Sequence record: NC_049383.1
Strand: one strand, 5' to 3'
DNA length: 64,000 bases
The notes under the pieces are model-generated. The model saw nothing but the letters and a program-made list of their open reading frames with translations, made no database searches and was not told where the DNA came from. Positions 39,303 to 48,426 of this stretch are shown here, one piece after another; position 1 is the stretch's first letter; each line of letters begins with the position of its first letter. Made by a program: the position numbers and the translations under genes.

Positions 39303-39401
39303 CAACTTTCGACCAAAAGGAAAATCACGTTTAATACGAACCTTTTCTTTATATTGATTAACTTTCTTTTTATGTTTCTTTCTATGTTTACTTTTTGGCA
39401 T
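39291..39401 (-). CDS. 36-aa basic peptide, paralog of 38086-38406 (not in ORF track)
   Basis: MPKSKHRKKHKKKVNQY...RDFPFGRKLFVD*; starts 1 nt after the upstream stop. Confidence 0.7.
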   Translation of the reverse strand: MPKSKHRKKHKKKVNQYKEKVRIKRDFPFGRKLFVD

Positions 39402-39402
39402 T

Positions 39403-40518
39403 TTATCTATTAATTATGTTACCATTTTCATCATTCTCAAACTCATTAACAACACCGTAAATCAATAATCCAAATGAAACAATGAAAACAATAATCGCTA
39501 TTATGAATAAGTGTTTTGTTTTCAATGGAACTATGATATAATCGAAGTCTGAAAAATGCTTTCTTTTCCAATTTTTCTCAACTTCTTTTATCATCAAATC
39601 AATCTTTGATTTCATGTCAATATCTCTCATGAAAATGTTATCAACATTTACTTCAATATGTTTATCATCACACCATGAGAATGTTTTTACCCAACGACCA
39701 TTTTTATCAACACATACAACCAATTCGTTCTTATTACCACCTTTCCAATACTCTTGTTGAAGTTCACCTAAGTTACCATCATTATCATCAAAAACAAGTA
39801 TAAACATTTTAATTTCATACTTATATCCATAGTAAGCATTCCAAATATTTAGTAATTTATTATCTTCATCAGAACATCCTAAACATGATTCCTGCTCATA
39901 GTTATCAACATCGGGATAATCGTATAAACCTTTAACATCTAATGAATCTAATTCACGGAACTTCATAACTGAGTTAACTGATTGAACTTTATTTTCATAA
40001 GAGTGTTTTGTAACATACGGTTGAATGTCTTCAAATTTCTTATTCCAAACAGATTTATACATATCACCATCATTATAATGATAATCACGATGCATATTAA
40101 CAAATGTTTTACCAGTTCCCCATAATTTCAAGAGGAAATTGTAATATGTTTTAGAAATATATTTTGTACTACCATCATTCATAATCATAACCCAATACTC
40201 AGGGTGGTAATCAACATAAGAACAATCATAAGTTTGTGTTGTTGTACAACCTTTACCACATGAAACGGTTCTTGTACAAGTTTGTTTAATATACTCATCC
40301 CAATCCTCGTAGTATCTAGCTTCTATAGGAAAATTAGTCCAATACTCTGTATCATTTGTTAATCCATTAATCATAATACTTTTACAAACAAATATGATAA
40401 TAAGACCAACAATTGTAGGCGCAATAAGTTCTACCCAAACTAATTTATGCTTATAAATTAGAAATGCTAACACCGACATAAAAATCGGTATTAGCAATAA
40501 AAACCATTCTATACCCAT
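39403..40518 (-). CDS. membrane protein with TPM-like soluble domain
   Basis: 2 N-terminal TM, 1 C-terminal TM, GGNKNELVVCV segment. Confidence 0.55.
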   Translation of the reverse strand: MGIEWFLLLIPIFMSVLAFLIYKHKLVWVELIAPTIVGLIIIFVCKSIMINGLTNDTEYWTNFPIEARYYEDWDEYIKQTCTRTVSCGKGCTTTQTYDCSYVDYHPEYWVMIMNDGSTKYISKTYYNFLLKLWGTGKTFVNMHRDYHYNDGDMYKSVWNKKFEDIQPYVTKHSYENKVQSVNSVMKFRELDSLDVKGLYDYPDVDNYEQESCLGCSDEDNKLLNIWNAYYGYKYEIKMFILVFDDNDGNLGELQQEYWKGGNKNELVVCVDKNGRWVKTFSWCDDKHIEVNVDNIFMRDIDMKSKIDLMIKEVEKNWKRKHFSDFDYIIVPLKTKHLFIIAIIVFIVSFGLLIYGVVNEFENDENGNIINR

Positions 40519-41054
40519 TAGAATAACTTTTCTCTTTTCTCAACACCAGTTTTGAAAGTCTCTTCTGCATTTTCATTTAAAATTACAGGTAAATCAATCT
40601 TAGTGTTATTTGAAATAAACCACTTACTAGGAATAGTTGTAATAAGGTTATCATGTTGTCTTCCTAAATCAATCAATTGCTTTTGTTGTGTTAAGAATGT
40701 TCTACGTTCTGATTTGATATCAGCTTGAACTTGCTTCAATAATTCAGGAGAGTAATTAGGATTTGATTCTTTAACCCATTGCATGATTTGACCTTGATTT
40801 TCAGAATAACGACCCGCGATTAACTTCGGATATATTTCTTTAAAATCATCAGCATACTTTTTAGCTACAGACGCTGAACCAAATATAATTTCCTGCATTG
40901 TTGAAAATGAAGCCTTGTTAGCATCAACTTTTGAATTGATTGAATTTCGTAACTCTACCTCAGTATTGTTGTAATCAACATACATAAAACCACAAATTGA
41001 TACGCTTATTAAAAGTGTGAATAGTAATAAAATTGAAATAATTTTTGTTCTCAT
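40518..41054 (-). CDS. LemA-like membrane-anchored helical protein
   Basis: N-terminal TM, YNNTEVELRN, ERRTF...HDNLITTIPSKWF pattern. Confidence 0.5.
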   Translation of the reverse strand: MRTKIISILLLFTLLISVSICGFMYVDYNNTEVELRNSINSKVDANKASFSTMQEIIFGSASVAKKYADDFKEIYPKLIAGRYSENQGQIMQWVKESNPNYSPELLKQVQADIKSERRTFLTQQKQLIDLGRQHDNLITTIPSKWFISNNTKIDLPVILNENAEETFKTGVEKREKLF

Positions 41055-41085
41055 TGAATATAAAATTTAAGTTAATAATTTTTTA

Positions 41086-41116
41086 CAAATATAATGATTA
41101 TTATAGAATAACCAAA
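41086..41116 (-). promoter_or_regulatory. Bacteroidota-type promoter
   Basis: -7 TATATTTG (41086-93), 19-nt spacer, TTTG. Confidence 0.75.
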
Positions 41117-41128
41117 ACTTTTTATGTT

Positions 41129-41473
41129 TTATTTAAAAACTCCTTTAGCTTCTTGCTTTTCCAACTGTTCCATGATTAAATCATATCTACATTCGAACTT
41201 ATCAACCATTGAATGCTTTATTCTAATTTGAATCTTATGCTTGAATCCAAATCTAATTAAAAAAGCTTTATCTTCTCCTATAATAGACGAAACAACATTA
41301 GAATAACCACACTTCATATTATCGAATGAGAATATGTACATGAATTTTCTGAACTCAATACCACTACCTAACTTATGAATCTCGACACCTAAAAGGCTTG
41401 ATTCATCATTTAAAAGCTCTTCATACTTTTTATAGAACTCTTCTCTTAATTCTAAATATCTAGATTTTTCCAT
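41129..41473 (-). CDS. hypothetical protein
   Basis: 114-aa ORF. Confidence 0.75.
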   Translation of the reverse strand: MEKSRYLELREEFYKKYEELLNDESSLLGVEIHKLGSGIEFRKFMYIFSFDNMKCGYSNVVSSIIGEDKAFLIRFGFKHKIQIRIKHSMVDKFECRYDLIMEQLEKQEAKGVFK

Positions 41474-41858
41474 ATATTCGTTTTTTGTGAAATCTATACA
41501 AATGGTTTATTGGATAAGGCATATATGTGATATATTGTTTATGTTTTCTATGCATTTTATTATTGTTCATTTCATGTGTATTTACCAATTTGCGTAAATC
41601 TAAATCGATTGTAACACCATCCATAAATAATAAAGTCCAAAGAACATTATTTTTTACATCAATAGATATCAAGTGTGAATCTTTTGTATAAAATTTAAAA
41701 TCTTTTCTGCTATCCATTTCAGAAATATCAACATATCTAGTTTCATTAGGAATTGATGTTTCATATATAACAAAAATTCGACCTGTATTCCAAACAATAC
41801 TAACACCATTAACGTGTACAAATTTATTGTTTTTACTGAAAATTATCCTGTCTTTCAT
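41460..41858 (-). CDS. hypothetical protein
   Basis: 132-aa ORF. Confidence 0.7.
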   Translation of the reverse strand: MKDRIIFSKNNKFVHVNGVSIVWNTGRIFVIYETSIPNETRYVDISEMDSRKDFKFYTKDSHLISIDVKNNVLWTLLFMDGVTIDLDLRKLVNTHEMNNNKMHRKHKQYITYMPYPINHLYRFHKKRIYGKI

Positions 41859-42330
41859 AAATATGTTTTAATGTTTGTAAATCAACCTCAAAAAATATTT
41901 TAACCATATTCATTGAATGTTCAGACCAACGAATTTTATTATGCTCCGTATGTAAATCCAAATCAGCTAAAAGAACATTATTTGCTTGATGGAACAACAT
42001 AACATCATACCAACCCTTATTATCATTGTATGTGATAACATAATTCATCAATTCATCTAAGGCATCAACTAAATTTGATGTTTGACTAAACCAATAGAAT
42101 ACATCACCATCCTTATTATACATAGTGTGTACAAAATCATTTTCATCAAATCCGATAGCATTTGCTTTTGCCTCTATTGTATAAAAATTATCACTCAAAT
42201 ATGAATCTTTCGCAAATTCTTCTATTTGATTGTGATATTGTTCACGTTGTTCATCATATTCATCAACACGCATTACTGTGAATCGTGTGTTTTCATTATT
42301 CCTAACTAAATCTAAAATATTACTTTCCAT
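41833..42330 (-). CDS. hypothetical protein
   Basis: 165-aa acidic ORF. Confidence 0.75.
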   Translation of the reverse strand: MESNILDLVRNNENTRFTVMRVDEYDEQREQYHNQIEEFAKDSYLSDNFYTIEAKANAIGFDENDFVHTMYNKDGDVFYWFSQTSNLVDALDELMNYVITYNDNKGWYDVMLFHQANNVLLADLDLHTEHNKIRWSEHSMNMVKIFFEVDLQTLKHIYERQDNFQ

Positions 42331-42333
42331 TGT

Positions 42334-42450
42334 TTAATTTTTTAATACTGGTAATTTTGAAAGTGGAATGTATAAAAGAATTGCTGTGATAGCTATTACA
42401 ATTAAAGCTTCAATAATTAATTTTTTCTTATTTTCTTTAAAGTAGCTCAT
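42334..42450 (-). CDS. small single-TM protein
   Basis: 38 aa from MSYFKENKK. Confidence 0.5.
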   Translation of the reverse strand: MSYFKENKKKLIIEALIVIAITAILLYIPLSKLPVLKN

Positions 42451-42994
42451 TACTAGCGTGTATATTATTAATAACTTCACTAATATCACTATGTCTATGG
42501 TCTTGATTTGTTTCATATCTGAAATAAGGCATCCCAGTAGCTAAGAAAGCATTATCCAACTCATCATAATTAAGAACATCATCATTACCACCAATATAAA
42601 CATAAGTATTTGTATTACTAGGTTTAACTATTTTGTTTTTGAAACCATCGGCATACTCTTTTGTAACTTCTAACTTAACACCAGTAACAAAATTTTCATA
42701 TGTGTTACCGATTCTTTTAACCATGTTAGTATATGGGTTATAACTTGGATTTATTAAATGAAAATCAACATCTTTATTTTTATCAGCAATTTGAAGACAG
42801 AACCAACCACCTAAACTACAACCAACAACTACTTCAATATCGAATTTATCAATGAATTTTTGCAATCTATCTAAATCAGAATCAACATCATTACTATAAT
42901 TGAAATGATAAACTGTATTGAAAGTATTTCTCAAAGTTCCATATTTAGAACCTTTACCACCATTGAATCCGTTTAAAAATAGTATATTCTTCAT
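42437..42994 (-). CDS. alpha/beta hydrolase, YqiA/UPF0227-like esterase
   Basis: LNGFNG, nucleophile elbow GCSLGG, INPS, NDDVL, DHRH. Confidence 0.8.
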   Translation of the reverse strand: MKNILFLNGFNGGKGSKYGTLRNTFNTVYHFNYSNDVDSDLDRLQKFIDKFDIEVVVGCSLGGWFCLQIADKNKDVDFHLINPSYNPYTNMVKRIGNTYENFVTGVKLEVTKEYADGFKNKIVKPSNTNTYVYIGGNDDVLNYDELDNAFLATGMPYFRYETNQDHRHSDISEVINNIHASNELL

Positions 42995-43017
42995 AATTGT
43001 TATTGTTTTTAACACTA

Positions 43018-43077
43018 CAAATATAGTGAATTATATTTATATAAAACAAAAAATCGAGATAAAAAATCTCGATTTTA
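43018..43077 (-). promoter_or_regulatory. promoter abutting terminator
   Basis: -7 TATATTTG (43018-25), 21-nt spacer, TTTG; hairpin aaaatcgagat/atctcgatttt. Confidence 0.7.
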
Positions 43078-43623
43078 TTTCTTAGGATTTCCTAAGATAA
43101 TTTTTTCATGAGGTTCACCACCGATTTCTCGTGTATAATGAAAACCATCATCATTATAAGATAAAATTTCCTTTCCTAAAATATCTTTTGCATACTTTGA
43201 TGGTATTGGAACAGCTCCTTTCTTTATTTGATATCCCGCAGAAGCACCACTAAATTCACCCCATGCTCTACCTAATTTAATATCTTCCATGTAAATATCC
43301 TTAACACCCTTCTTCCCCAAATCTGTTCCATCAGAACCTTTAGCTATAGCTTTACGACCTTTTTTATCTTTATATAGCGCGACTGCTACTATTCTACCTT
43401 CTCTTCTTACCATTTTTATAAAATCGGTTTTGTTGATGAGGTCTTCTTTTGTCTTTGCTGTAAGAAAACCACCAATAGGTGCATAAGTTCTTTGCAAAAT
43501 ATCCCAAATAACATCGATATTTTCTCTCATTTGCTCCTTTGATGTCAAATTAACATAACGCTCATTTATAATCGTTTCCTGTTCATTGATTTTTTCTTCT
43601 AAATATTCACTTATATTAACCAT
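43075..43623 (-). CDS. conserved phage hypothetical protein
   Basis: ERYVNL...WDILQRTYAPIGG pattern recalled from large phages. Confidence 0.6.
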   Translation of the reverse strand: MVNISEYLEEKINEQETIINERYVNLTSKEQMRENIDVIWDILQRTYAPIGGFLTAKTKEDLINKTDFIKMVRREGRIVAVALYKDKKGRKAIAKGSDGTDLGKKGVKDIYMEDIKLGRAWGEFSGASAGYQIKKGAVPIPSKYAKDILGKEILSYNDDGFHYTREIGGEPHEKIILGNPKK

Positions 43624-43648
43624 AATTTCTTGTTTAAAATATTTATGG

Positions 43649-44020
43649 TTAAGATGTTAATATTTGCATCCAAGTGTCATACTCTTTATCATAATACCAA
43701 TTAGTGTTATCTTCAAAAATATGAACAATATAACCATGATGTAATAATGATTTATCTAAATTTATTCTATCATCATGAGTATAAAGATTATAAGTGTATT
43801 TTGGTAACTCATTCTTTTCAAACAAAATTGTTAAAAATAAACTGAAACACACTATAAATATCGATGTCGAAATTATTAAAATAATGAATAATAAGTCTTT
43901 ATACAACATCATTTCATCAACTTTAATCATAAAAAATATATTTAAAGCTGATACAAAACCGCTTACAATTGAAATTAAAGCTGATAAAATTAAGAATTGT
44001 TTTCTGTGTTTTCTAAACAT
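43649..44020 (-). CDS. 2-TM membrane protein
   Basis: 123 aa with two hydrophobic helices. Confidence 0.7.
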   Translation of the reverse strand: MFRKHRKQFLILSALISIVSGFVSALNIFFMIKVDEMMLYKDLLFIILIISTSIFIVCFSLFLTILFEKNELPKYTYNLYTHDDRINLDKSLLHHGYIVHIFEDNTNWYYDKEYDTWMQILTS

Positions 44021-44023
44021 AAT

Positions 44024-44194
44024 CTATAGTCCTTTAAAATATTCATCAAATTTTTCTTTACCCCAACAATCACTACCACCTAGATTGTCCTTAATCCAAA
44101 TACAATCATCATCTTTTTCCCACCTATAAACTGAATAGGTTTCCCCTTTATCATAGTGTTCTAAATCATCTGTTATACAAGTTACTTCAATCAT
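44024..44194 (-). CDS. small hypothetical protein (not in ORF track)
   Basis: 56 aa MIEVTCITDDLEHYDKGETY...FKGL. Confidence 0.65.
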   Translation of the reverse strand: MIEVTCITDDLEHYDKGETYSVYRWEKDDDCIWIKDNLGGSDCWGKEKFDEYFKGL

Positions 44195-44198
44195 AATA

Positions 44199-44324
44199 TT
44201 AATAAGGTCTATTTAATAATATGATTGCGAATAATCCAGTAAATAACATTGTTAACAAAATCATTAAACCTATCCAAAGTTTAAAATCTTCTTTATTATA
44301 TTTCTGTTTAATACTATTTTTCAT
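44199..44324 (-). CDS. single-TM peptide (not in ORF track)
   Basis: 41 aa MKNSIKQKYNKEDFKLWIGLMILL... Confidence 0.55.
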   Translation of the reverse strand: MKNSIKQKYNKEDFKLWIGLMILLTMLFTGLFAIILLNRPY

Positions 44325-45192
44325 TTTGTAAAACTGTTAATATCTCTTTTTTCCAATCGTTTTTAGTGCTATAATGTATAGCTATCACTTTTGGATTATA
44401 CTTCGGAAAAAGCACTATTTCATGCTCACAATCATCTAAAAGACATTTAACATTCACTTTGTTTTTCAATAAGAAGTGTGCCTTATCTTCATGCTCTGTA
44501 AAATAAATATCTTTAGTTGGTATTCCTAATCTTTTTGAAACAACGAATAAATCATTATTACCTGTAAATTCAACATTACGAACTTGAACAGGATTTTTAC
44601 TCCTAGTTGTACAAATACCGATTTTAAAACCCGATTTCTGCAATTCTTTTGCAAATTCTTCAACTAAGCTCACGTTTAATGTAGAATCAAAGTCGAAAAG
44701 CACATCATATTGAGTTTTTAAACTTTTATTTTTTGGCATTTCACATGGGTATAACTTACCGTCTCGTCTAAGTGTCATTAGTCTATGGCAAAATTCTTGT
44801 TCTGTGAGAACTGTTTCGTTTATATTTCTACGACCCATTGAATGAGTTAGCTTTCCCGATGTACTATGCAAAGCTTTTCTGAACTTTTCCGATTGTTCAT
44901 ACATTGCATTATAAGCACGATTTAAAAGAACTTGATATTCTTTAGAATCTCTTTTCATTGGTTTACCTTGCCAATATAATGTTTGTGTTCTATACCACTT
45001 CTTTTTCTTACCTTTGAACTTAGCTTTCTTACCAAAATATGTACATACTTCCTTCTGTATTTCGATACCTGAAAACTTCAATGACTGTAAAAAACCTTCC
45101 ATGAAGCAATCATAACCATCCAATTTAAAGGCGTTTGCTGAGAAGTTAGATAAAACATTTGATGGATAATTCCCATTACTACCTATATCCAT
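44314..45192 (-). CDS. NADAR (T4 gp30.3-like) - HAD hydrolase fusion
   Basis: SNVLSNF, MEGFLQSLKF, TLYWQG, FRKAL, VLTEQEF; C-terminal VLFDFDSTL (DxD) and LLDD. Confidence 0.75.
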   Translation of the reverse strand: MDIGSNGNYPSNVLSNFSANAFKLDGYDCFMEGFLQSLKFSGIEIQKEVCTYFGKKAKFKGKKKKWYRTQTLYWQGKPMKRDSKEYQVLLNRAYNAMYEQSEKFRKALHSTSGKLTHSMGRRNINETVLTEQEFCHRLMTLRRDGKLYPCEMPKNKSLKTQYDVLFDFDSTLNVSLVEEFAKELQKSGFKIGICTTRSKNPVQVRNVEFTGNNDLFVVSKRLGIPTKDIYFTEHEDKAHFLLKNKVNVKCLLDDCEHEIVLFPKYNPKVIAIHYSTKNDWKKEILTVLQNEK

Positions 45193-45208
45193 AATATAAA
45201 AATTTTGG

Positions 45209-45248
45209 TAAAAATAAAAAATCCTTTGGAAAACACCAAAGGATTTTT
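45209..45248 (-). promoter_or_regulatory. promoter overlapping terminator
   Basis: -7 variant TATTTTTA (45209-16), 20-nt spacer, TTTG (45237-40) in the stem of aaaaatcctttgg/ccaaaggattttt. Confidence 0.65.
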
Positions 45249-45257
45249 GTAATTAAT

Positions 45258-45971
45258 TTAACAATTGTATTTTGCTCTAACTCTATCAACTTCTGCTATA
45301 AGTTTTTTAGTCTCTTCAAAACAGAAATATAAGTACCCCAAACAATCACCTTTCTTATCGATAGAAATAGAACAAGTTAATTCACGAACATCATCAGCAC
45401 TTAACTTAGCCAAGTGTTCATAAATTTCTTTAACCGAAACGTTACTCATATCTAACTCTTTACTTCTTGAATCGTAATCATCTGATATCCTTTCAATATT
45501 ACTTTTAGTCTTATAAATATAAGTTGTGTTAATTATTTTTGCTTTTTCTACGATTTCTAAAATTTCATCATTGTAATATTTTGATAAAATAGTTTCTTTA
45601 ATATCCTGTAACTCTTTTTCCCATGTATTGAATAACCTAGAAATTTTATTAATGTATTTTAATTCCAAATTTTTATTACTGTTTTCAGAATCATAATAAT
45701 ACCAATCTTCGATAACATCTAAGTCCTCATTTAATCTCATTCCGAAATATGAAGTTTCACCTAATTCAAATTTAACAAATAATTCGGTTTTACCACTAAT
45801 TGATGTAAATACAGACATTTTTGCATCATGTTGTAAATCAATTATATTATTCAAGTACTTGAATGAATTTTTTGATTCATCGATGAACTTATAAACTTCA
45901 CTTACTTTATTATAATCTAATACAATATCCTCTGCTTTTCTTAACTGTGATAATTTTGTAATTCTAGTCAT
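45258..45971 (-). CDS. hypothetical protein
   Basis: 237 aa after promoter 46008. Confidence 0.8.
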   Translation of the reverse strand: MTRITKLSQLRKAEDIVLDYNKVSEVYKFIDESKNSFKYLNNIIDLQHDAKMSVFTSISGKTELFVKFELGETSYFGMRLNEDLDVIEDWYYYDSENSNKNLELKYINKISRLFNTWEKELQDIKETILSKYYNDEILEIVEKAKIINTTYIYKTKSNIERISDDYDSRSKELDMSNVSVKEIYEHLAKLSADDVRELTCSISIDKKGDCLGYLYFCFEETKKLIAEVDRVRAKYNC

Positions 45972-46007
45972 TTTGTTTTATTTTTTAATTATTAAATATC
46001 TACACGT

Positions 46008-46039
46008 CAAATATACAACATTATCTTTTAACCACCAAA
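46008..46039 (-). promoter_or_regulatory. Bacteroidota-type promoter
   Basis: -7 TATATTTG (46008-15), 20-nt spacer, TTTG. Confidence 0.75.
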
Positions 46040-46100
46040 TTTTTAACACATTTTTGTCACAAATATATACTAAATTTGTGACAAAAACGTGTTAAAAATT
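46038..46100. repeat. 27-bp inverted repeat
   Basis: 46038-64 vs 46074-46100, one mismatch, 9-nt spacer. Confidence 0.85.
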
Positions 46101-46220
46101 TTCTTTAACTATCTGATTTTTAATTTCTTATATAAAAAAATCACTTTCTATAAAAATTTTTTTATACTACATAATATATAAGTGCTATTTTGGTATTAAA
46201 AATAATAATAATTAATAGTA

Positions 46221-47180
46221 CTAAATATTAGCTCCATTTTTCATTCTATATTCTAAAGATTCTTCCAAACCTGTTGTTAATAATTCAACTAATTCATTAA
46301 GTTTGTTCATGAAACCTTTAAATGCAAATTCTGTTTGGAACTCTAGGACACCGATTTCACCTTCTTCATCTTGGTATAAGTCAATTGATAACCAAGGGTA
46401 ATTGAATTTATTTAAAACTTCTTGTACTTTAATAATAGTATCATTTATTTTTACCAATAATTTTTCTTCCAATTCAGGTAAAGAATTTACATCAAAATCT
46501 TCTTGAATATTTGACTTTTTAAGACCATTCTTTGATGTTGATGAAGAAACCCTTTCATAAATCATGAAACCACTATTTGTTACGATTGCTCTAAATTCCC
46601 TCTTTATATTAACCTTTTCCTGAATAGCAAAATCAAAATCTCTTAAAACCTGTTGAGAATATGAAATCTCTTCCCTAATCATTGGGTCTTGCTTTTCAGA
46701 TATACTTTCTAATTCACTAATGAATGATGTATTATACGAGTTATCTAATGCTTTTTGTAATGATAAATTGTCATACAATTCAACACCCCAACCTTTAGCA
46801 CCGTTTAAAGGTTTTATGACAAATTCATCCATATCTTTCGTACCTGATAGAATCTCACCAAATGTCTTGTATGGTTTATTAGTTTTTTCATTATAGAATG
46901 TATTTGGAGTTTTGATATTGAATGAATTTAAAACAATATGTTGTTGAATCTTATTCAAACGCGCCTGTCTTCCAACAATAGGTGCATTGTGTATAAACTC
47001 TATTATGTCATTCTCTAGTGAACCACCATCTTTAGATTCTAAATCATGAAAACAGTTTTCAGGAATGTATAAAATACCATCCAAATCATCACTAAATTCA
47101 TGTACGAAATCGAAATTACTACTAATCAATCCAATCATCGGATATTTCTTAACCTGTTCTGTTATATAAATTTTCTTCAT
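46221..47180 (-). CDS. RimK-like ATP-grasp ligase
   Basis: VIKPLNGAKGWGV, IQEKV, EFRAIV, SIDL...VLEFQ; start set at MKKIYI. Confidence 0.75.
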   Translation of the reverse strand: MKKIYITEQVKKYPMIGLISSNFDFVHEFSDDLDGILYIPENCFHDLESKDGGSLENDIIEFIHNAPIVGRQARLNKIQQHIVLNSFNIKTPNTFYNEKTNKPYKTFGEILSGTKDMDEFVIKPLNGAKGWGVELYDNLSLQKALDNSYNTSFISELESISEKQDPMIREEISYSQQVLRDFDFAIQEKVNIKREFRAIVTNSGFMIYERVSSSTSKNGLKKSNIQEDFDVNSLPELEEKLLVKINDTIIKVQEVLNKFNYPWLSIDLYQDEEGEIGVLEFQTEFAFKGFMNKLNELVELLTTGLEESLEYRMKNGANI

Positions 47181-47292
47181 AATAATTAAAAATAGAACCT
47201 CTAAAAACATTACTGTGAAACTTGGCTCTAATTAGTTTACTTTAATCGTGTTTCCACCCATTTAAGGGAATTGTACTGATTTCTTTTATTAC

Positions 47293-47577
47293 TTATGTTC
47301 TTAGTGGAAAACCACTATCATTTACTTCAATTTTTGTTTTTAAACCTAAAGGTTTTGAACCTCTTCTTATAACATAATCCGCACAAGCAATATACTTATT
47401 ACCTTTGTAAATAACAATATACTCTTTTGGAACTTTTGTATGACCTATAAGTTTTATTTCATCAACCTTACCACTCATTAAAACACCATTTAATGAAACG
47501 AATGTTATTAAATCACCTTCCTTAATGTCTGTGATTTCACCTTGATTATAAAAATCTATCGATAATGCGTATCTCAT
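47293..47577 (-). CDS. hypothetical protein
   Basis: 94 aa, SH3-like beta pattern. Confidence 0.7.
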   Translation of the reverse strand: MRYALSIDFYNQGEITDIKEGDLITFVSLNGVLMSGKVDEIKLIGHTKVPKEYIVIYKGNKYIACADYVIRRGSKPLGLKTKIEVNDSGFPLRT

Positions 47578-47579
47578 AA

Positions 47580-47909
47580 TTATTCTTTATAAAACGATTT
47601 ATTATTATTTGGGTTTATTAACTCCACTTTGTATTTTCCATCTGTACACTCAATTTCCATAATATCTTCGGGAACATCTTCACCAAAGAAAATACTCCTA
47701 TTACAGTCACAAGCATAATTTCCATCAGACCATTGATATGTAGAAACTCCACCATCATTTAGAAAACATGACATATCATGTTCTATAGTTTTAGTCTTTC
47801 CGTCAAATACTCTTGTTATAATAACAGTTGATTCAACACGTTCGTTATTATTTATATTGAAATCTTTATGTTCTAATTTAGAACCGTCTAAGTATTTTTT
47901 AACTACCAT
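47580..47909 (-). CDS. hypothetical protein (CDC motif)
   Basis: WSDGNYACDCNRS. Confidence 0.7.
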   Translation of the reverse strand: MVVKKYLDGSKLEHKDFNINNNERVESTVIITRVFDGKTKTIEHDMSCFLNDGGVSTYQWSDGNYACDCNRSIFFGEDVPEDIMEIECTDGKYKVELINPNNNKSFYKE

Positions 47910-47912
47910 AAT

Positions 47913-48239
47913 TTAAAAGCATTTAAAATTATTACAATCATCATTCGAGCATTTAATACCACTCATTTTTTCAACCATGTAATGACCACATTCATTACAT
48001 TTCTCTGCATCATTTATTGGCTCTTTTTCAATATACTCATCCCAATGGTCGTTTTCAGTATTATCCCATTCCTCAACTAAAGCAGAATTACCAGTAGCAA
48101 CTTTTACATCACCATTTTTCAAATCTTCTAGAGATTTCAAAGAAGCGTCTTTCATGAAGTCTAAAGTTTCATCAGGAATACTTTGATTATTTTTTCTTAG
48201 GAAAACATATGCTTCCATAATTGATTCTTTTGTTACCAT
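47913..48239 (-). CDS. protein with C-terminal Zn ribbon
   Basis: CNEC...CSNDDC; start set at MVTKES. Confidence 0.7.
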   Translation of the reverse strand: MVTKESIMEAYVFLRKNNQSIPDETLDFMKDASLKSLEDLKNGDVKVATGNSALVEEWDNTENDHWDEYIEKEPINDAEKCNECGHYMVEKMSGIKCSNDDCNNFKCF

Positions 48240-48249
48240 AATCACAATA

Positions 48250-48426
48250 TTATATTTCAACATCCCACATATTAGGATAGTTTTTATTATTTGAAAATTC
48301 AATTTCATTACCACACTTAGGACATTTAAAGCCTAAATTTATCAAGTCTTTCCATTTACCATCTATTAAAACAAACGGTTCTGCTATACCATCGGTAGCA
48401 ACTATATGTTTACATTCACAATTCAT
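48250..48426 (-). CDS. small Zn-ribbon protein
   Basis: CECKH...CPKCG. Confidence 0.6.
   Translation of the reverse strand: MNCECKHIVATDGIAEPFVLIDGKWKDLINLGFKCPKCGNEIEFSNNKNYPNMWDVEI

Noticed and set aside
47190-47210. AGAGGUUCUA resembling the 5' half of a preQ1-I riboswitch
   Set aside because: The complementary CCUCU strand and A-rich tail are missing, and the downstream gene is not queuosine-related
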